Positions 53,621 through 62,378 of a DNA stretch of 64,000 bases are shown in pieces. The DNA is taken from the sequence record OR769032.1; one strand, given 5' to 3'. Each line of letters starts with the position of its first letter. Within the stretch, counting starts at the first letter, position 1. This DNA comes from Escherichia phage JoYop. A program made the translations under genes and the position numbers. The notes under the pieces were generated by a model. That model was not told the DNA's origin. It ran no database searches and saw nothing but the letters and a program-made list of their open reading frames with translations.

Positions 53621-54376
53621 TTATCCTCGGATAAGTTTAAAAATTGAACAATTTAGCGGGTATCCTCTTTTCAGTTTAAGTTTATCAATAAAAGACAAGT
53701 TTTGATACCGCTTTACACCTTGAATAATTTTATCACACATATCATATTGCATTTCTGCTTCTGACAACTTTTTCACAGTTTTCCAATCAGAACCTTTAAG
53801 AAGAACGTTCAGTTTAACAATTTCAGCGCCTTCTGCTATGCGAGAACCATCAATTCGCGCTTTGAGTGCTATAATCATTAGCTTAATGTCAGAAGTTTGT
53901 TTTGATTTAGAAAGCTGAGAAAGATGTTCAATTCGGTTTTCACGTTTTTTCTGTATAGCTTTAATTTGATTATAAGTCTTTTTGATTTTAGCCCATTTCT
54001 TTTCATCTAAATTTAGTTTATGAACTTTTTTAGCAGATGAACGACCAATTCGCAAAGCAAATAAATCACGCTTTTCAATCAACTCCTCTAAAGTATAATC
54101 AGAACGAAATGTATTATACTTTTTCTTTACTGCAATAACATTCCCTTTAATGTATCCAACGTTATTATCAAAACGTTCTAACGATAATTTCTCACCTTCA
54201 ATACGATTATCAAAAGGTTCTCCCGAGTAAGCACAAACTTTTTGATCTAAAATGTTCTTAATGTAATTGAAGTCTAAGTTAAAATCTTTAGAACGTCTTT
54301 TTGCAGATGCCTGAGTATGCTCTAAACGACGTTTAATTTTACGAATTTGATTTTTGGACATATTATGCAGTTTCAT
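53621..54376 (-). CDS. srd: Srd (sigma-like early protein)
   Basis: 251 aa, basic; position between dda and modA as in T4. Confidence 0.65.
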   Translation of the reverse strand: MKLHNMSKNQIRKIKRRLEHTQASAKRRSKDFNLDFNYIKNILDQKVCAYSGEPFDNRIEGEKLSLERFDNNVGYIKGNVIAVKKKYNTFRSDYTLEELIEKRDLFALRIGRSSAKKVHKLNLDEKKWAKIKKTYNQIKAIQKKRENRIEHLSQLSKSKQTSDIKLMIIALKARIDGSRIAEGAEIVKLNVLLKGSDWKTVKKLSEAEMQYDMCDKIIQGVKRYQNLSFIDKLKLKRGYPLNCSIFKLIRG

Positions 54377-54411
54377 ATTTTTCTCACATCTTACGGACGG
54401 TTGACTACTAT

Positions 54412-54440
54412 ACTATAACATTTTTACCTTGGCCTGTAAA
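54412..54440 (-). promoter_or_regulatory. early promoter (TTTACA-N17-TATAGT) upstream of srd
   Basis: Hexamers and spacing read on minus strand. Confidence 0.6.
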
Positions 54441-54498
54441 CAACTTTATGTAAAAATGCTTTAAAAATTTCATGGTATAATGAATCTAAGTCCTTCCA

Positions 54499-55101
54499 TT
54501 ATAAATTAAATCCTTCAAAATCGAGAGTATAGATAGTGTATGTTGAATACTTTTTATACTCATATCTATCTGCAATTCTAAATACACTTCCAGCTGGTAT
54601 CATTACTTCTTGTTCATCTGAAACTAATTCCATATTACGATAGCGATGGCTATCTGGAAATTTAAAGCTTGGATTATATTCTTTACAGCGTAGAGCTTTT
54701 ATAGCATACTCCTGGAAATTGAATACCATAGGAGCTTTGAATTCAAAAATAACTTGTGTGTTATACTCTAAACCAGAAGCAAAATGTAGAGCTATATTTT
54801 TATCATATGAAGCTGATACGACTTTATCAAATGTAATAATATCAATTCCTTGATTTAATACTTGTTTAGTTTCGACTGGAACACCTCTCCAAAGAGGTTT
54901 ATCGTTTGGAACCAAACGAGATTTGATTATTTCATTTAACCAAGTATGGTCATCTGGCTTATTAGTAATACAGTGAATTAAAAGTTCAATTTCAGATAAA
55001 TTAAACCCTTCAGAAAGCAATTCTTCACGAATAGAAGCACGCACAGATGCATCCATTGATTTTATTTTAAAATCTTTTAGTTGCATTACTGAGTATTTCA
55101 T
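54499..55101 (-). CDS. modA: ADP-ribosyltransferase ModA
   Basis: 200 aa as T4 ModA; paralogous to adjacent ORF. Confidence 0.8.
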   Translation of the reverse strand: MKYSVMQLKDFKIKSMDASVRASIREELLSEGFNLSEIELLIHCITNKPDDHTWLNEIIKSRLVPNDKPLWRGVPVETKQVLNQGIDIITFDKVVSASYDKNIALHFASGLEYNTQVIFEFKAPMVFNFQEYAIKALRCKEYNPSFKFPDSHRYRNMELVSDEQEVMIPAGSVFRIADRYEYKKYSTYTIYTLDFEGFNL

Positions 55102-55733
55102 TCAACTACCTCAATATCATACACTTTAAATGTTCCAAATGAATCGTGTAATTTTTCTTTTGAAATAGAAGTTATTTTATACTTTCCAATTGGAACCATC
55201 CATTCTTGTTCATGTACAATCATCATTAAGTTATCAGTACGCTCTGAATCTAATCCATCAGTATCTTCATATGTATACTTGAACTCAGTATTTGGAGAAG
55301 AAAGTATAATATCGCTGATATGGTCAGAATAATTAAAAGCTTTATCAGTTTTTAAGCGAAATATTATTTCAGTAAAATATTCAGCATAAGAAAAAGAGCA
55401 TGCTGTATGCAAACTAGTAGTAAATGAATCTACCCTGTTCGTTGAAAACACTTCTCCAACTTGTAAATCTTTAATAAGTTCTTGTGTTGATTTTGATATA
55501 CCACGATATAATTGATAAGGCGATTTAGTTAAATGCTTTTTAACGATTTTATTCAACTGTCGATGAAGAGCTTCGTTCTTTTTGGCTTCCATACATTGCC
55601 AAAGAATTGACTGTTCAAAGTCAGTAAATTTTTCACAGACCTTTTTATACATATCATATTGAAAATCAACACTTTCAGCTTTTATAGATAACTGTTCAAC
55701 ATCTGCAAGATTAATAATCATGATAGCCTCCAT
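55098..55733 (-). CDS. modB: ADP-ribosyltransferase ModB
   Basis: 211 aa; position and paralogy to modA; early promoter upstream. Confidence 0.8.
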   Translation of the reverse strand: MEAIMIINLADVEQLSIKAESVDFQYDMYKKVCEKFTDFEQSILWQCMEAKKNEALHRQLNKIVKKHLTKSPYQLYRGISKSTQELIKDLQVGEVFSTNRVDSFTTSLHTACSFSYAEYFTEIIFRLKTDKAFNYSDHISDIILSSPNTEFKYTYEDTDGLDSERTDNLMMIVHEQEWMVPIGKYKITSISKEKLHDSFGTFKVYDIEVVE

Positions 55734-55747
55734 ATACTTCAGAAGCT

Positions 55748-55776
55748 ATCATATCATTGTTAGAAAGTAAAGTAAA
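55748..55776 (-). promoter_or_regulatory. early promoter (TTTACT-N17-TATGAT) upstream of modB
   Basis: Hexamers and spacing read on minus strand. Confidence 0.55.
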
Positions 55777-55788
55777 CAACTTTTTGAA

Positions 55789-55971
55789 TTATTTTGCCCA
55801 GGGAGCCCAGGGCGGAGGGTCAAGATGGTATGAAGCTAGTTCTTCTAGAAGAGCATCTGGGGCTTCAATTCCATAATTCTGTAATACTATACGGTACTCT
55901 TTCTTATAATCACTAGAATCATTCTGGTTATTCGTAGAATGATTATCTTCTAACATCTCAAATAAATCCAT
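55789..55971 (-). CDS. hypothetical acidic protein, 60 aa
   Basis: ORF track. Confidence 0.35.
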   Translation of the reverse strand: MDLFEMLEDNHSTNNQNDSSDYKKEYRIVLQNYGIEAPDALLEELASYHLDPPPWAPWAK

Positions 55972-55979
55972 ATTAATTC

Positions 55980-56450
55980 CTAGCGATAAAAACCAAAGTG
56001 ACGATTAGCTTCAACAATCTTTCTTTCTTCTTCGGACATTCTCCAACGTAGTCCAACATCAAAATGAGCCCAGACCATCTTAACAAATGCGTTTATATCT
56101 TTAATATCTTCAATAATGAATGTTTTGCTTTTAGAAGGCTGACTCGCCAATTTAACTTTATCATCTTCAAACAGGTCAAAAAGACCATATTCGTGAGCTC
56201 TTTTATAGCCTTTAATAGTTAAAGCTTCAGAAGAAGAAAATGGTGAATCTGTATTCTGCAAAATATCTTCAGTATGCTTTATAATTAGAATAATATTTTC
56301 TGGATATTTTCTTTCTTTTATATCTTTAATTAAAATATCCGGATTTTCTGCTAAAGGAATAATTAACGAGCAATTTTTATCAAGCGTATTTACTGATTTA
56401 CCTTCTTTAGACATAAATCCTATTGAATAATGTTTTGCTACTTCAATCAT
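55980..56450 (-). CDS. hypothetical protein, 156 aa
   Basis: ORF track. Confidence 0.45.
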   Translation of the reverse strand: MIEVAKHYSIGFMSKEGKSVNTLDKNCSLIIPLAENPDILIKDIKERKYPENIILIIKHTEDILQNTDSPFSSSEALTIKGYKRAHEYGLFDLFEDDKVKLASQPSKSKTFIIEDIKDINAFVKMVWAHFDVGLRWRMSEEERKIVEANRHFGFYR

Positions 56451-56603
56451 GCGATTTCCTCTTGCCTACTAATGGACCATCAGGAATTTTGTTTTCCTGG
56501 ATATATTTCTCATTTTCTTCCATCATTTTACTACCGATTTTAAGAAGCAAATCTAAGGCTTCATTTGCTTTATCCTTAGCCTCTTCTAACGTCATATTCT
56601 TGT

Positions 56604-56807
56604 TCATGATTTATCCCCATAGATGTCTCTCATCAATTTAAGCGCTGAGCGTTCTAATTTCTTTTCTTTCTCAGCACTAATCATTGATTTCATCCATTCT
56701 TCTGATTCGTTCTGCATTTCTTTATTTGCCTGTTCAACCCAACCATCATCAATATACATTGAGTTTGGTCTACTGAACCATTCAAGCATCTTCTTCAGAA
56801 CTTTCAT
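56604..56807 (-). CDS. hypothetical protein, 67 aa
   Basis: ORF track. Confidence 0.4.
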   Translation of the reverse strand: MKVLKKMLEWFSRPNSMYIDDGWVEQANKEMQNESEEWMKSMISAEKEKKLERSALKLMRDIYGDKS

Positions 56808-57279
56808 TTGTTTTACCTAAAACAATAGTAGGAGCATCATCAAATTCATGAATTTTTAGCAATTTTGGATTTAAATTATTCCATACATAATAAATAAAGT
56901 ATGATAAAGCATCTTCACTCGCAATTATAAATTTATTTCCTTTATCTATTTTCCAGTCATATACTGAATCATACGAATAAAAAGATAAAGGGTTATCATT
57001 ATATTGTTCTGCGCTGACATTAATGTATTCGGATTTAGTAAATGCTTCAATTGCTCTAAACGGACTATTTGGTACAGTTTCAATAATTCCGATCTTTTTA
57101 AGTTTTATTTCAGCATCTTCTGGAACTGGCATTGAAACGAAATTTTCTACGAGATACATAGGGTTACGATAACCCTTATCAATCATTACGGCTACAGTAA
57201 TTGGAACATCTTTAGCAAATGACATGTTATTACTGCTAATATACATTTCAAACAAAATCGCTTCCATAATTTTCCTCAA
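56782..57279 (-). CDS. hypothetical protein, 165 aa
   Basis: ORF track. Confidence 0.45.
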   Translation of the reverse strand: MRKIMEAILFEMYISSNNMSFAKDVPITVAVMIDKGYRNPMYLVENFVSMPVPEDAEIKLKKIGIIETVPNSPFRAIEAFTKSEYINVSAEQYNDNPLSFYSYDSVYDWKIDKGNKFIIASEDALSYFIYYVWNNLNPKLLKIHEFDDAPTIVLGKTNESSEEDA

Positions 57280-57617
57280 TCACAAGATGTAGATGAACAA
57301 CTAGAATCACAAGAACTTCCACATGAATCGCCCGTCCATACATGAACAGGAACATTAGTGTCATATGAATCAGAACTAGACTGTGTATTCTGCGTATTAG
57401 ATGATGCAGTAGGTATTGACCAGCGCCAAGGATTTTTATAATATTCTTGGGCTTCTTCATAAGTCATAGTAACTGCTTCTACTGTTCCATCTCCCATATA
57501 AACATATTCAACTACAGTTAAAGGAAGGTAGTCATTTGAAATAGGAACTACACCTTCTCCGGGAGTTGTAGAGAAAAAATCTTTAAAGAAACTTTTAAAC
57601 CAATTAAAGATAAACAT
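57276..57617 (-). CDS. hypothetical protein with Cys/Ser-rich C-terminal tail, 113 aa
   Basis: C-terminus ...[18 protein letters not shown]. Confidence 0.45.
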   Translation of the reverse strand: MFIFNWFKSFFKDFFSTTPGEGVVPISNDYLPLTVVEYVYMGDGTVEAVTMTYEEAQEYYKNPWRWSIPTASSNTQNTQSSSDSYDTNVPVHVWTGDSCGSSCDSSCSSTSCD

Positions 57618-57823
57618 TACAAAAAGCCTCTTTTGAATTCAACTTGTTTATCGCCATAATCATATCGAATCTCTGCGTTAAATTCAACAGAACCATCCGC
57701 GTACATCATAAATGAATGCACAACAACTTCTGTAGACCATGGTTGCAATTCATATTTCTTCATTACATGCCGTGAAATGATAATATCTAAATCTTCATTT
57801 GGTTTAATCCAACGATTTAACAT
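57617..57823 (-). CDS. hypothetical protein, 68 aa
   Basis: ORF track; strong early promoter upstream. Confidence 0.45.
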   Translation of the reverse strand: MLNRWIKPNEDLDIIISRHVMKKYELQPWSTEVVVHSFMMYADGSVEFNAEIRYDYGDKQVEFKRGFL

Positions 57824-57849
57824 AGTGCTCTCCTCTATAAGATAGTTCT

Positions 57850-57878
57850 ATTATACCATACTCATTTTGATATGTAAA
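57850..57878 (-). promoter_or_regulatory. early promoter (TTTACA-N17-TGG TATAAT)
   Basis: Immediately downstream of soc terminator. Confidence 0.65.
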
Positions 57879-57887
57879 CCATTTAAA

Positions 57888-57913
57888 TGAAAAAGGACTC
57901 CCGAAGGAGTCCT
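57888..57913 (-). terminator. intrinsic terminator downstream of soc
   Basis: Same AGGACUCC-UUCG-GGAGUCCU hairpin as at 3461, followed by UUUUUCAUUU. Confidence 0.65.
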
Positions 57914-57918
57914 TGAAT

Positions 57919-58161
57919 TTATTCACCAGTTACTTTCCACAAATCTTCATTTGCAGCAATCCATTCAGTACGTTGATTTTCTTCATATACTGTAGAATAT
58001 GCTGCTTTTTCTGAAGGGAACGTCTGGTAATGAGCACCAGAAATTTTGTGAACATCAGAATAAAGAGGGAAAGCTACAGAAATTTCTTTACCCTGAATTG
58101 TACCACCATCAACTGCTTGGTCAAATGTTTTAATATTAACATAACCGCGAGTACTAGCCAT
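57919..58161 (-). CDS. soc: small outer capsid protein Soc
   Basis: 80 aa, MASTRGYVNIKTF... recognised as Soc; late promoter upstream, terminator downstream. Confidence 0.9.
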   Translation of the reverse strand: MASTRGYVNIKTFDQAVDGGTIQGKEISVAFPLYSDVHKISGAHYQTFPSEKAAYSTVYEENQRTEWIAANEDLWKVTGE

Positions 58162-58177
58162 GTAATTCTCCTTTTAT

Positions 58178-58387
58178 TTAAATTACATGATTATTTATAA
58201 TAAATTCTCGCGGAACGTTAAAATACCCGATTTTAGTTAATATAACAACATCGCCGTTAATGATTACCGGAGAATAATCTTCTGGAGCATTAAATTTCCA
58301 ATGGGCTCTAATATTATATCCATCAGAACCAAATGCTCGAGTAGCCGGTCTCCCGGCTTTTTGCCATGCGTAGAAATCAAATTTCAT
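58178..58387 (-). CDS. hypothetical protein, 69 aa (soc.1-like position)
   Basis: ORF track; occupies the slot where I recall T4 carrying segF. Confidence 0.45.
   Translation of the reverse strand: MKFDFYAWQKAGRPATRAFGSDGYNIRAHWKFNAPEDYSPVIINGDVVILTKIGYFNVPREFIINNHVI
58192..58199 (-). promoter_or_regulatory. late promoter TATAAATA for soc
   Basis: Minus strand TATAAATAATC about 30 nt upstream of soc ATG. Confidence 0.65.
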
Positions 58388-58578
58388 TTTGAATGCTCTA
58401 TAATTAATTTTAAAGCTTCTTCACTGACATAAATTTCGTCATGACCTTCTGTAACTTCAACCATACGAAGCTGATTAGTTAAGAGCTCACATACGAGCCC
58501 TTTGTCATAATCTTTAAATAGCTGGTCAATACGTTTCTTGTGGGCTTTCTTAAGCTGGCGTTTATTTAAACGAGCCAT
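58384..58578 (-). CDS. hypothetical protein, 64 aa (soc.2-like position)
   Basis: ORF track. Confidence 0.45.
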   Translation of the reverse strand: MARLNKRQLKKAHKKRIDQLFKDYDKGLVCELLTNQLRMVEVTEGHDEIYVSEEALKLIIEHSK

Positions 58579-59096
58579 TAATAACCTCGGTCTTGACGAG
58601 CGAAGTTTTCAGCATTTTTCAGATAATAAAGTTTAAAGATTTCTTCAGCTGACATTCCAAGAGCAATGAATTTATTCATGAAAAAGTGAAATTGGTCAAT
58701 AAGTTCAAATTTAATTTCAAGCTGATCTTCGGGAGATAAATCTTGAATTTTTTTGGATTGCATTTCAGAATAACGTTTCTTCCAAGGTTTCCATACAGCA
58801 GAAGCTTCTTTTTCACCATTACTCATACCGCCAAGAGAAGTATATAGCTCGCGAGTTTCGTCTGCGATATAATCGTCTTGGTTTCGCAACCAAGCAAGAA
58901 CTTCTCCCGCAGTTTCAAGTGAATCGGGATGACGATTTGTTTCTGGTTTATCGTTAGCCAAACGAATCTGTAAATGCCGTTGCATATCAAGCATAACCTG
59001 CAGTGGGTCAATATTGTGCATAATATTCTCAGCATATGCACGATTTGCTTTATCAACACCTTCGATCAAATGAGCACATTCATTAAAGTAAGCCAT
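58578..59096 (-). CDS. 56: dCTP pyrophosphatase (dCTPase) gp56
   Basis: 172 aa; MazG-like; matches T4 gp56 at both ends. Confidence 0.88.
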   Translation of the reverse strand: MAYFNECAHLIEGVDKANRAYAENIMHNIDPLQVMLDMQRHLQIRLANDKPETNRHPDSLETAGEVLAWLRNQDDYIADETRELYTSLGGMSNGEKEASAVWKPWKKRYSEMQSKKIQDLSPEDQLEIKFELIDQFHFFMNKFIALGMSAEEIFKLYYLKNAENFARQDRGY

Positions 59097-59131
59097 TATT
59101 TTTTCCTTTCAATTCATGGGTTAGTAGATTA

Positions 59132-59155
59132 ATTATACAATAAATATATAAAGCA
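59132..59155 (-). promoter_or_regulatory. middle (MotA-dependent) promoter candidate for gene 56
   Basis: Minus strand reads TGCTTTA-N11-TATAAT about 40 nt upstream of gene 56 ATG. Confidence 0.45.
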
Positions 59156-59168
59156 ATAAGGAGGACAT

Positions 59169-59369
59169 ATGGTACAAAAATTAATGGCACTTGTCAATGC
59201 CATAAAAGGTAATAAAAAGCGTATAGCTTTTACTATTTCTGCTATGGTAGGAATTTTACTCTGGAACTTTATTTTATCACCAATTGCAATTGCGCATGGT
59301 GTTAATATTCCAGTAGTTACTCTTGATACATTCGTAGATTTAGCATTTGCTCTAGTTGGGCTAATTTAA
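59169..59369 (+). CDS. small hydrophobic protein, 66 aa, on opposite strand to all neighbours
   Basis: AAGGAGG RBS 4 nt before ATG; two predicted hydrophobic segments; stop overlaps stop of gene 61. Confidence 0.4.
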   Translation: MVQKLMALVNAIKGNKKRIAFTISAMVGILLWNFILSPIAIAHGVNIPVVTLDTFVDLAFALVGLI

Positions 59370-60394
59370 ATCTTAGCATATTTAGATAGCCGCATTTTAG
59401 CCATTAACCCCTGGGCAATATTATTTTTCATATATTCCATAATTTGTTCAGGGGTTGCACCTTCCTTTCTAATCATATCATTAACATCTTTAGATTTCCA
59501 GGGAGATTTATCCCAAAACATAACCCTTTCTCCTGCATTGACTAATTTAGTCATTCGCTTAATTGTATCAGGATGCCGAGGTTCATTATCTAAGACCCAC
59601 ACACGTCTATCTTTAAATGGAACAACTTCTAGGTCTAATTGGCCACCCGTAATGGCTATACCATTTTCAATAAAAAGTGAGTCGATAGGTCCTTCTAGAA
59701 CATATACATCACCATCTTTAACTCGTTCAACACCGTAAATTTTTGTTGCCTCAGGATAAGCTTTGATGGTGATATATTTTTGAGGAGCATCTTTCTTTAA
59801 TGCGCGTCCTTGAAAAGACTCAGCTTTTCCGTTAGCATTATAAATTGGAATAACAAGTCTAGGTTCAGAAATTTCCTTTTTGTATGTTCCTGGAGCTATG
59901 CTATTAACTAATTTAGGCCATTCAGATGTAAACCAAAGATACTTCCATTTATCCTTTGGAATACAACGAGCTTTTACATATTTTATAATTGGATGGTCTT
60001 CCGCCAGTTTATCTAATCTAATGCATGACGGAAGAGATTTAATTATTTTCTTCTCAGGTTGTTTAGGAAGTTCTTTAGGTTTTTCTACTGGACGACTTTT
60101 ACCTTTTTCTTTTCTTATTTCAAAGATATACTCACGATATAAATCAGGTTCAAACTCCTTTAAATATATTCCGATTGGTGCATGATAGTTGCAGTTATAA
60201 CAATGAATATTTCCTTCATTATTATCGCCATAATACCATCCACGGGCTTTATTTTGATCGGTTTTTGAATCTCCACAAACAGGGCATCTAAACCGTAATT
60301 TAAAAGTTGAACTATTATTTACTTGTGTAAATTTAGGTAAATGAGCTAATGCACGGTATGCAAACTCATTATCAATCCAAGGTATTGATGACAT
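59366..60394 (-). CDS. 61: DNA primase gp61
   Basis: 342 aa; N-terminal zinc ribbon CPVCGDS...CYNC; Toprim region. Confidence 0.93.
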   Translation of the reverse strand: MSSIPWIDNEFAYRALAHLPKFTQVNNSSTFKLRFRCPVCGDSKTDQNKARGWYYGDNNEGNIHCYNCNYHAPIGIYLKEFEPDLYREYIFEIRKEKGKSRPVEKPKELPKQPEKKIIKSLPSCIRLDKLAEDHPIIKYVKARCIPKDKWKYLWFTSEWPKLVNSIAPGTYKKEISEPRLVIPIYNANGKAESFQGRALKKDAPQKYITIKAYPEATKIYGVERVKDGDVYVLEGPIDSLFIENGIAITGGQLDLEVVPFKDRRVWVLDNEPRHPDTIKRMTKLVNAGERVMFWDKSPWKSKDVNDMIRKEGATPEQIMEYMKNNIAQGLMAKMRLSKYAKI

Positions 60395-60396
60395 TT

Positions 60397-60561
60397 TTAC
60401 TCTTCTTTTTCTTTAGATTCCTCTTTTTTCTTTTTAGGAATCTGCTCAGGACCTTTATTTACTACAGCGCCTGACGTTGTTCCAGTGGAGATATTTTCAG
60501 GATTACCACCTGAATCTCCAGCGACCATATCTTCTTTGATAAATTCTTTATACGTTTTCAT
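60397..60561 (-). CDS. hypothetical protein, 54 aa (61.1 position)
   Basis: Hand-translated MKTYKEFIKEDMVAGDSGGNPENISTGTTSGAVVNKGPEQIPKKKKEESKEKEE. Confidence 0.45.
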   Translation of the reverse strand: MKTYKEFIKEDMVAGDSGGNPENISTGTTSGAVVNKGPEQIPKKKKEESKEKEE

Positions 60562-60562
60562 A

Positions 60563-60919
60563 TTAACCTCTATTCATAAAAGCATTAAAAATTTGGTCAT
60601 CAATCGACGGAATAGCAACCTTTTCTGCGTTATTTAGCAAATCATTAATTTCATCAGATAGCATAACACATGTACCTTTATTTCCTGTAATTGTTACTGC
60701 GCAATTACGAACGTTTTCTTTATCAAATTTTAGGTTAATATTTTCGTAGTGAAAATCCTTTAATGCTGAATATATTTTTAAAATAAAATTATCTTTTACT
60801 ACAATAAAACCGACTTCACTGTTAAAACGCGGCTCATGAAAACTGTAATAAACCTTTTCATCTATAAAATCGTATGAAATTTTTTCCATTTTTAAATATG
60901 GAAATTCAGAACTATACAT
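60563..60919 (-). CDS. hypothetical protein, 118 aa (61.2 position)
   Basis: ORF track. Confidence 0.45.
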   Translation of the reverse strand: MYSSEFPYLKMEKISYDFIDEKVYYSFHEPRFNSEVGFIVVKDNFILKIYSALKDFHYENINLKFDKENVRNCAVTITGNKGTCVMLSDEINDLLNNAEKVAIPSIDDQIFNAFMNRG

Positions 60920-60931
60920 ATTAACCTCTAA

Positions 60932-61225
60932 TTATTCACCTACCACTTCAGCGATGATATTTTTATTATTAAAGTTTTTATCGCAATACAAAACATAATT
61001 ATACTGCATTACACCGCCAGATTTAAGCTGTTTTTGCACTTCAGCTTTCATTTCAGGACGATCGCGCTCAACGATATTCATAATATCTGCTTCAATTTGA
61101 GTTTCAACCTCAGTCTGATCTGCAGTCATAGACCACTCACATAAATCTTTATCATAACCCGCCATAGCAGGCTGAGCAGTACAAGAAGCCAAAGCAAAAA
61201 TTGCAGCAAAAACAAATTTTTTCAT
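60932..61225 (-). CDS. sp: spackle periplasmic protein
   Basis: 97 aa with N-terminal signal peptide MKKFVFAAIFALASCTAQPAMA; size and position as T4 sp. Confidence 0.75.
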   Translation of the reverse strand: MKKFVFAAIFALASCTAQPAMAGYDKDLCEWSMTADQTEVETQIEADIMNIVERDRPEMKAEVQKQLKSGGVMQYNYVLYCDKNFNNKNIIAEVVGE

Positions 61226-61328
61226 GATAATCTCCTCAGTAGTTTATGTTTATAGTATCTCAATTTTCAACAAAAGTAAACACTAGTAGAAGCAAACAGA
61301 CAAATTGCAATAATTGGTGATTTCAGTT

Positions 61329-61511
61329 TCATTCTTCTCCTCCTTCATGTTGATGAACATATTCTTTTTCAAGTCTAGAGCACAAGTTTTCATATTCAAC
61401 TAATAAAAGTGAATCAAGTGCGTTATTTCTATGCTGACACCGTTCTTGTAAAGAATCCATTTCTGAGCGTTGTTCTTGTGTTAATAATTGATAACCTGAT
61501 ACTTTAGACAT
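61329..61511 (-). CDS. hypothetical protein, ~60 aa
   Basis: Track ORF trimmed to second ATG after GGAGAA. Confidence 0.4.
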   Translation of the reverse strand: MSKVSGYQLLTQEQRSEMDSLQERCQHRNNALDSLLLVEYENLCSRLEKEYVHQHEGGEE

Positions 61512-61575
61512 TTTGTTCTCCATTTACTCGTTTGTTTTGATAGGTCTATAATAACATGTTTAAAACAAAAGTAAA

Positions 61576-61830
61576 CTATTTTATTTCCTCAAGTTCGTTA
61601 ATCAATAAAAGTTCTCTGACGCTAAAAACAAAGAAAAATGTGTTCCCATCAACCAGAGCATGACCGCTAATAGAACACCCTCTGCGGAATTTAGAAACTT
61701 CACAATCTAGAACTGTAAAGGGTTTTAATCCTATGACTTTAGCTGTGCGTCTATTCAGTTCACAACCACTCGCGAATTTTTCCAAATCTTCTTCTGATTT
61801 AAACTGATATTCTCTATTAACTAGCATCAT
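61576..61830 (-). CDS. hypothetical protein, 84 aa
   Basis: ORF track. Confidence 0.45.
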   Translation of the reverse strand: MMLVNREYQFKSEEDLEKFASGCELNRRTAKVIGLKPFTVLDCEVSKFRRGCSISGHALVDGNTFFFVFSVRELLLINELEEIK

Positions 61831-61914
61831 TTTCTTTTCTCCGCGATTAGCTGATAGAATTACTATAACACAACTCTATCAGCTTGTAAACTACTATTTT
61901 ACTAGCATCAATAA

Positions 61915-62178
61915 CTATTTCTCTAACTTGACGATTTTACGAAAGTATCTTTTGCATTGACGAATCTGTCGCTTAGTAGGGCGCACAGCAAACTTAATAA
62001 ATTCCACTCGACCGAATGGAGGGTTTTCTTCTGATGGAATATCTAACACCAATTCCCACGTATCTGCGATAAGTGCTTTGAATTGAGTATTTTTCCTAAC
62101 GTTATACGGAGTAGGCTTAAATAAAACTATATGCATATTATCCTCGGCAATCCACTTCACACACTTTCTTGTCATCAA
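61915..62178 (-). CDS. hypothetical basic protein, 87 aa
   Basis: ORF track; 41-nt overlap with next ORF. Confidence 0.4.
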   Translation of the reverse strand: MMTRKCVKWIAEDNMHIVLFKPTPYNVRKNTQFKALIADTWELVLDIPSEENPPFGRVEFIKFAVRPTKRQIRQCKRYFRKIVKLEK

Positions 62179-62320
62179 TGAAAGCTTTAACTAGCGCTTT
62201 ATTAACTTCAGCATATTGAGTAGTAGCCCATTGAACATCATCTTTCATCATTGTGATTTCTTTAGTAAACATGCTTTCATTCTTAAACCACCCCATAAAA
62301 ACTACCTTTACCAATTCCAT
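62138..62320 (-). CDS. dmd: small protein, 60 aa, at the position and size of Dmd (antitoxin against RnlA/LsoA)
   Basis: 60 aa ORF immediately upstream of gene 41; assignment by size and position only. Confidence 0.45.
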   Translation of the reverse strand: MELVKVVFMGWFKNESMFTKEITMMKDDVQWATTQYAEVNKALVKAFIDDKKVCEVDCRG

Positions 62321-62378
62321 AACAATCTCCTCATTTAACCAACAAGACTACTATACCATAGTCTTGTCAGCTTGTAAA

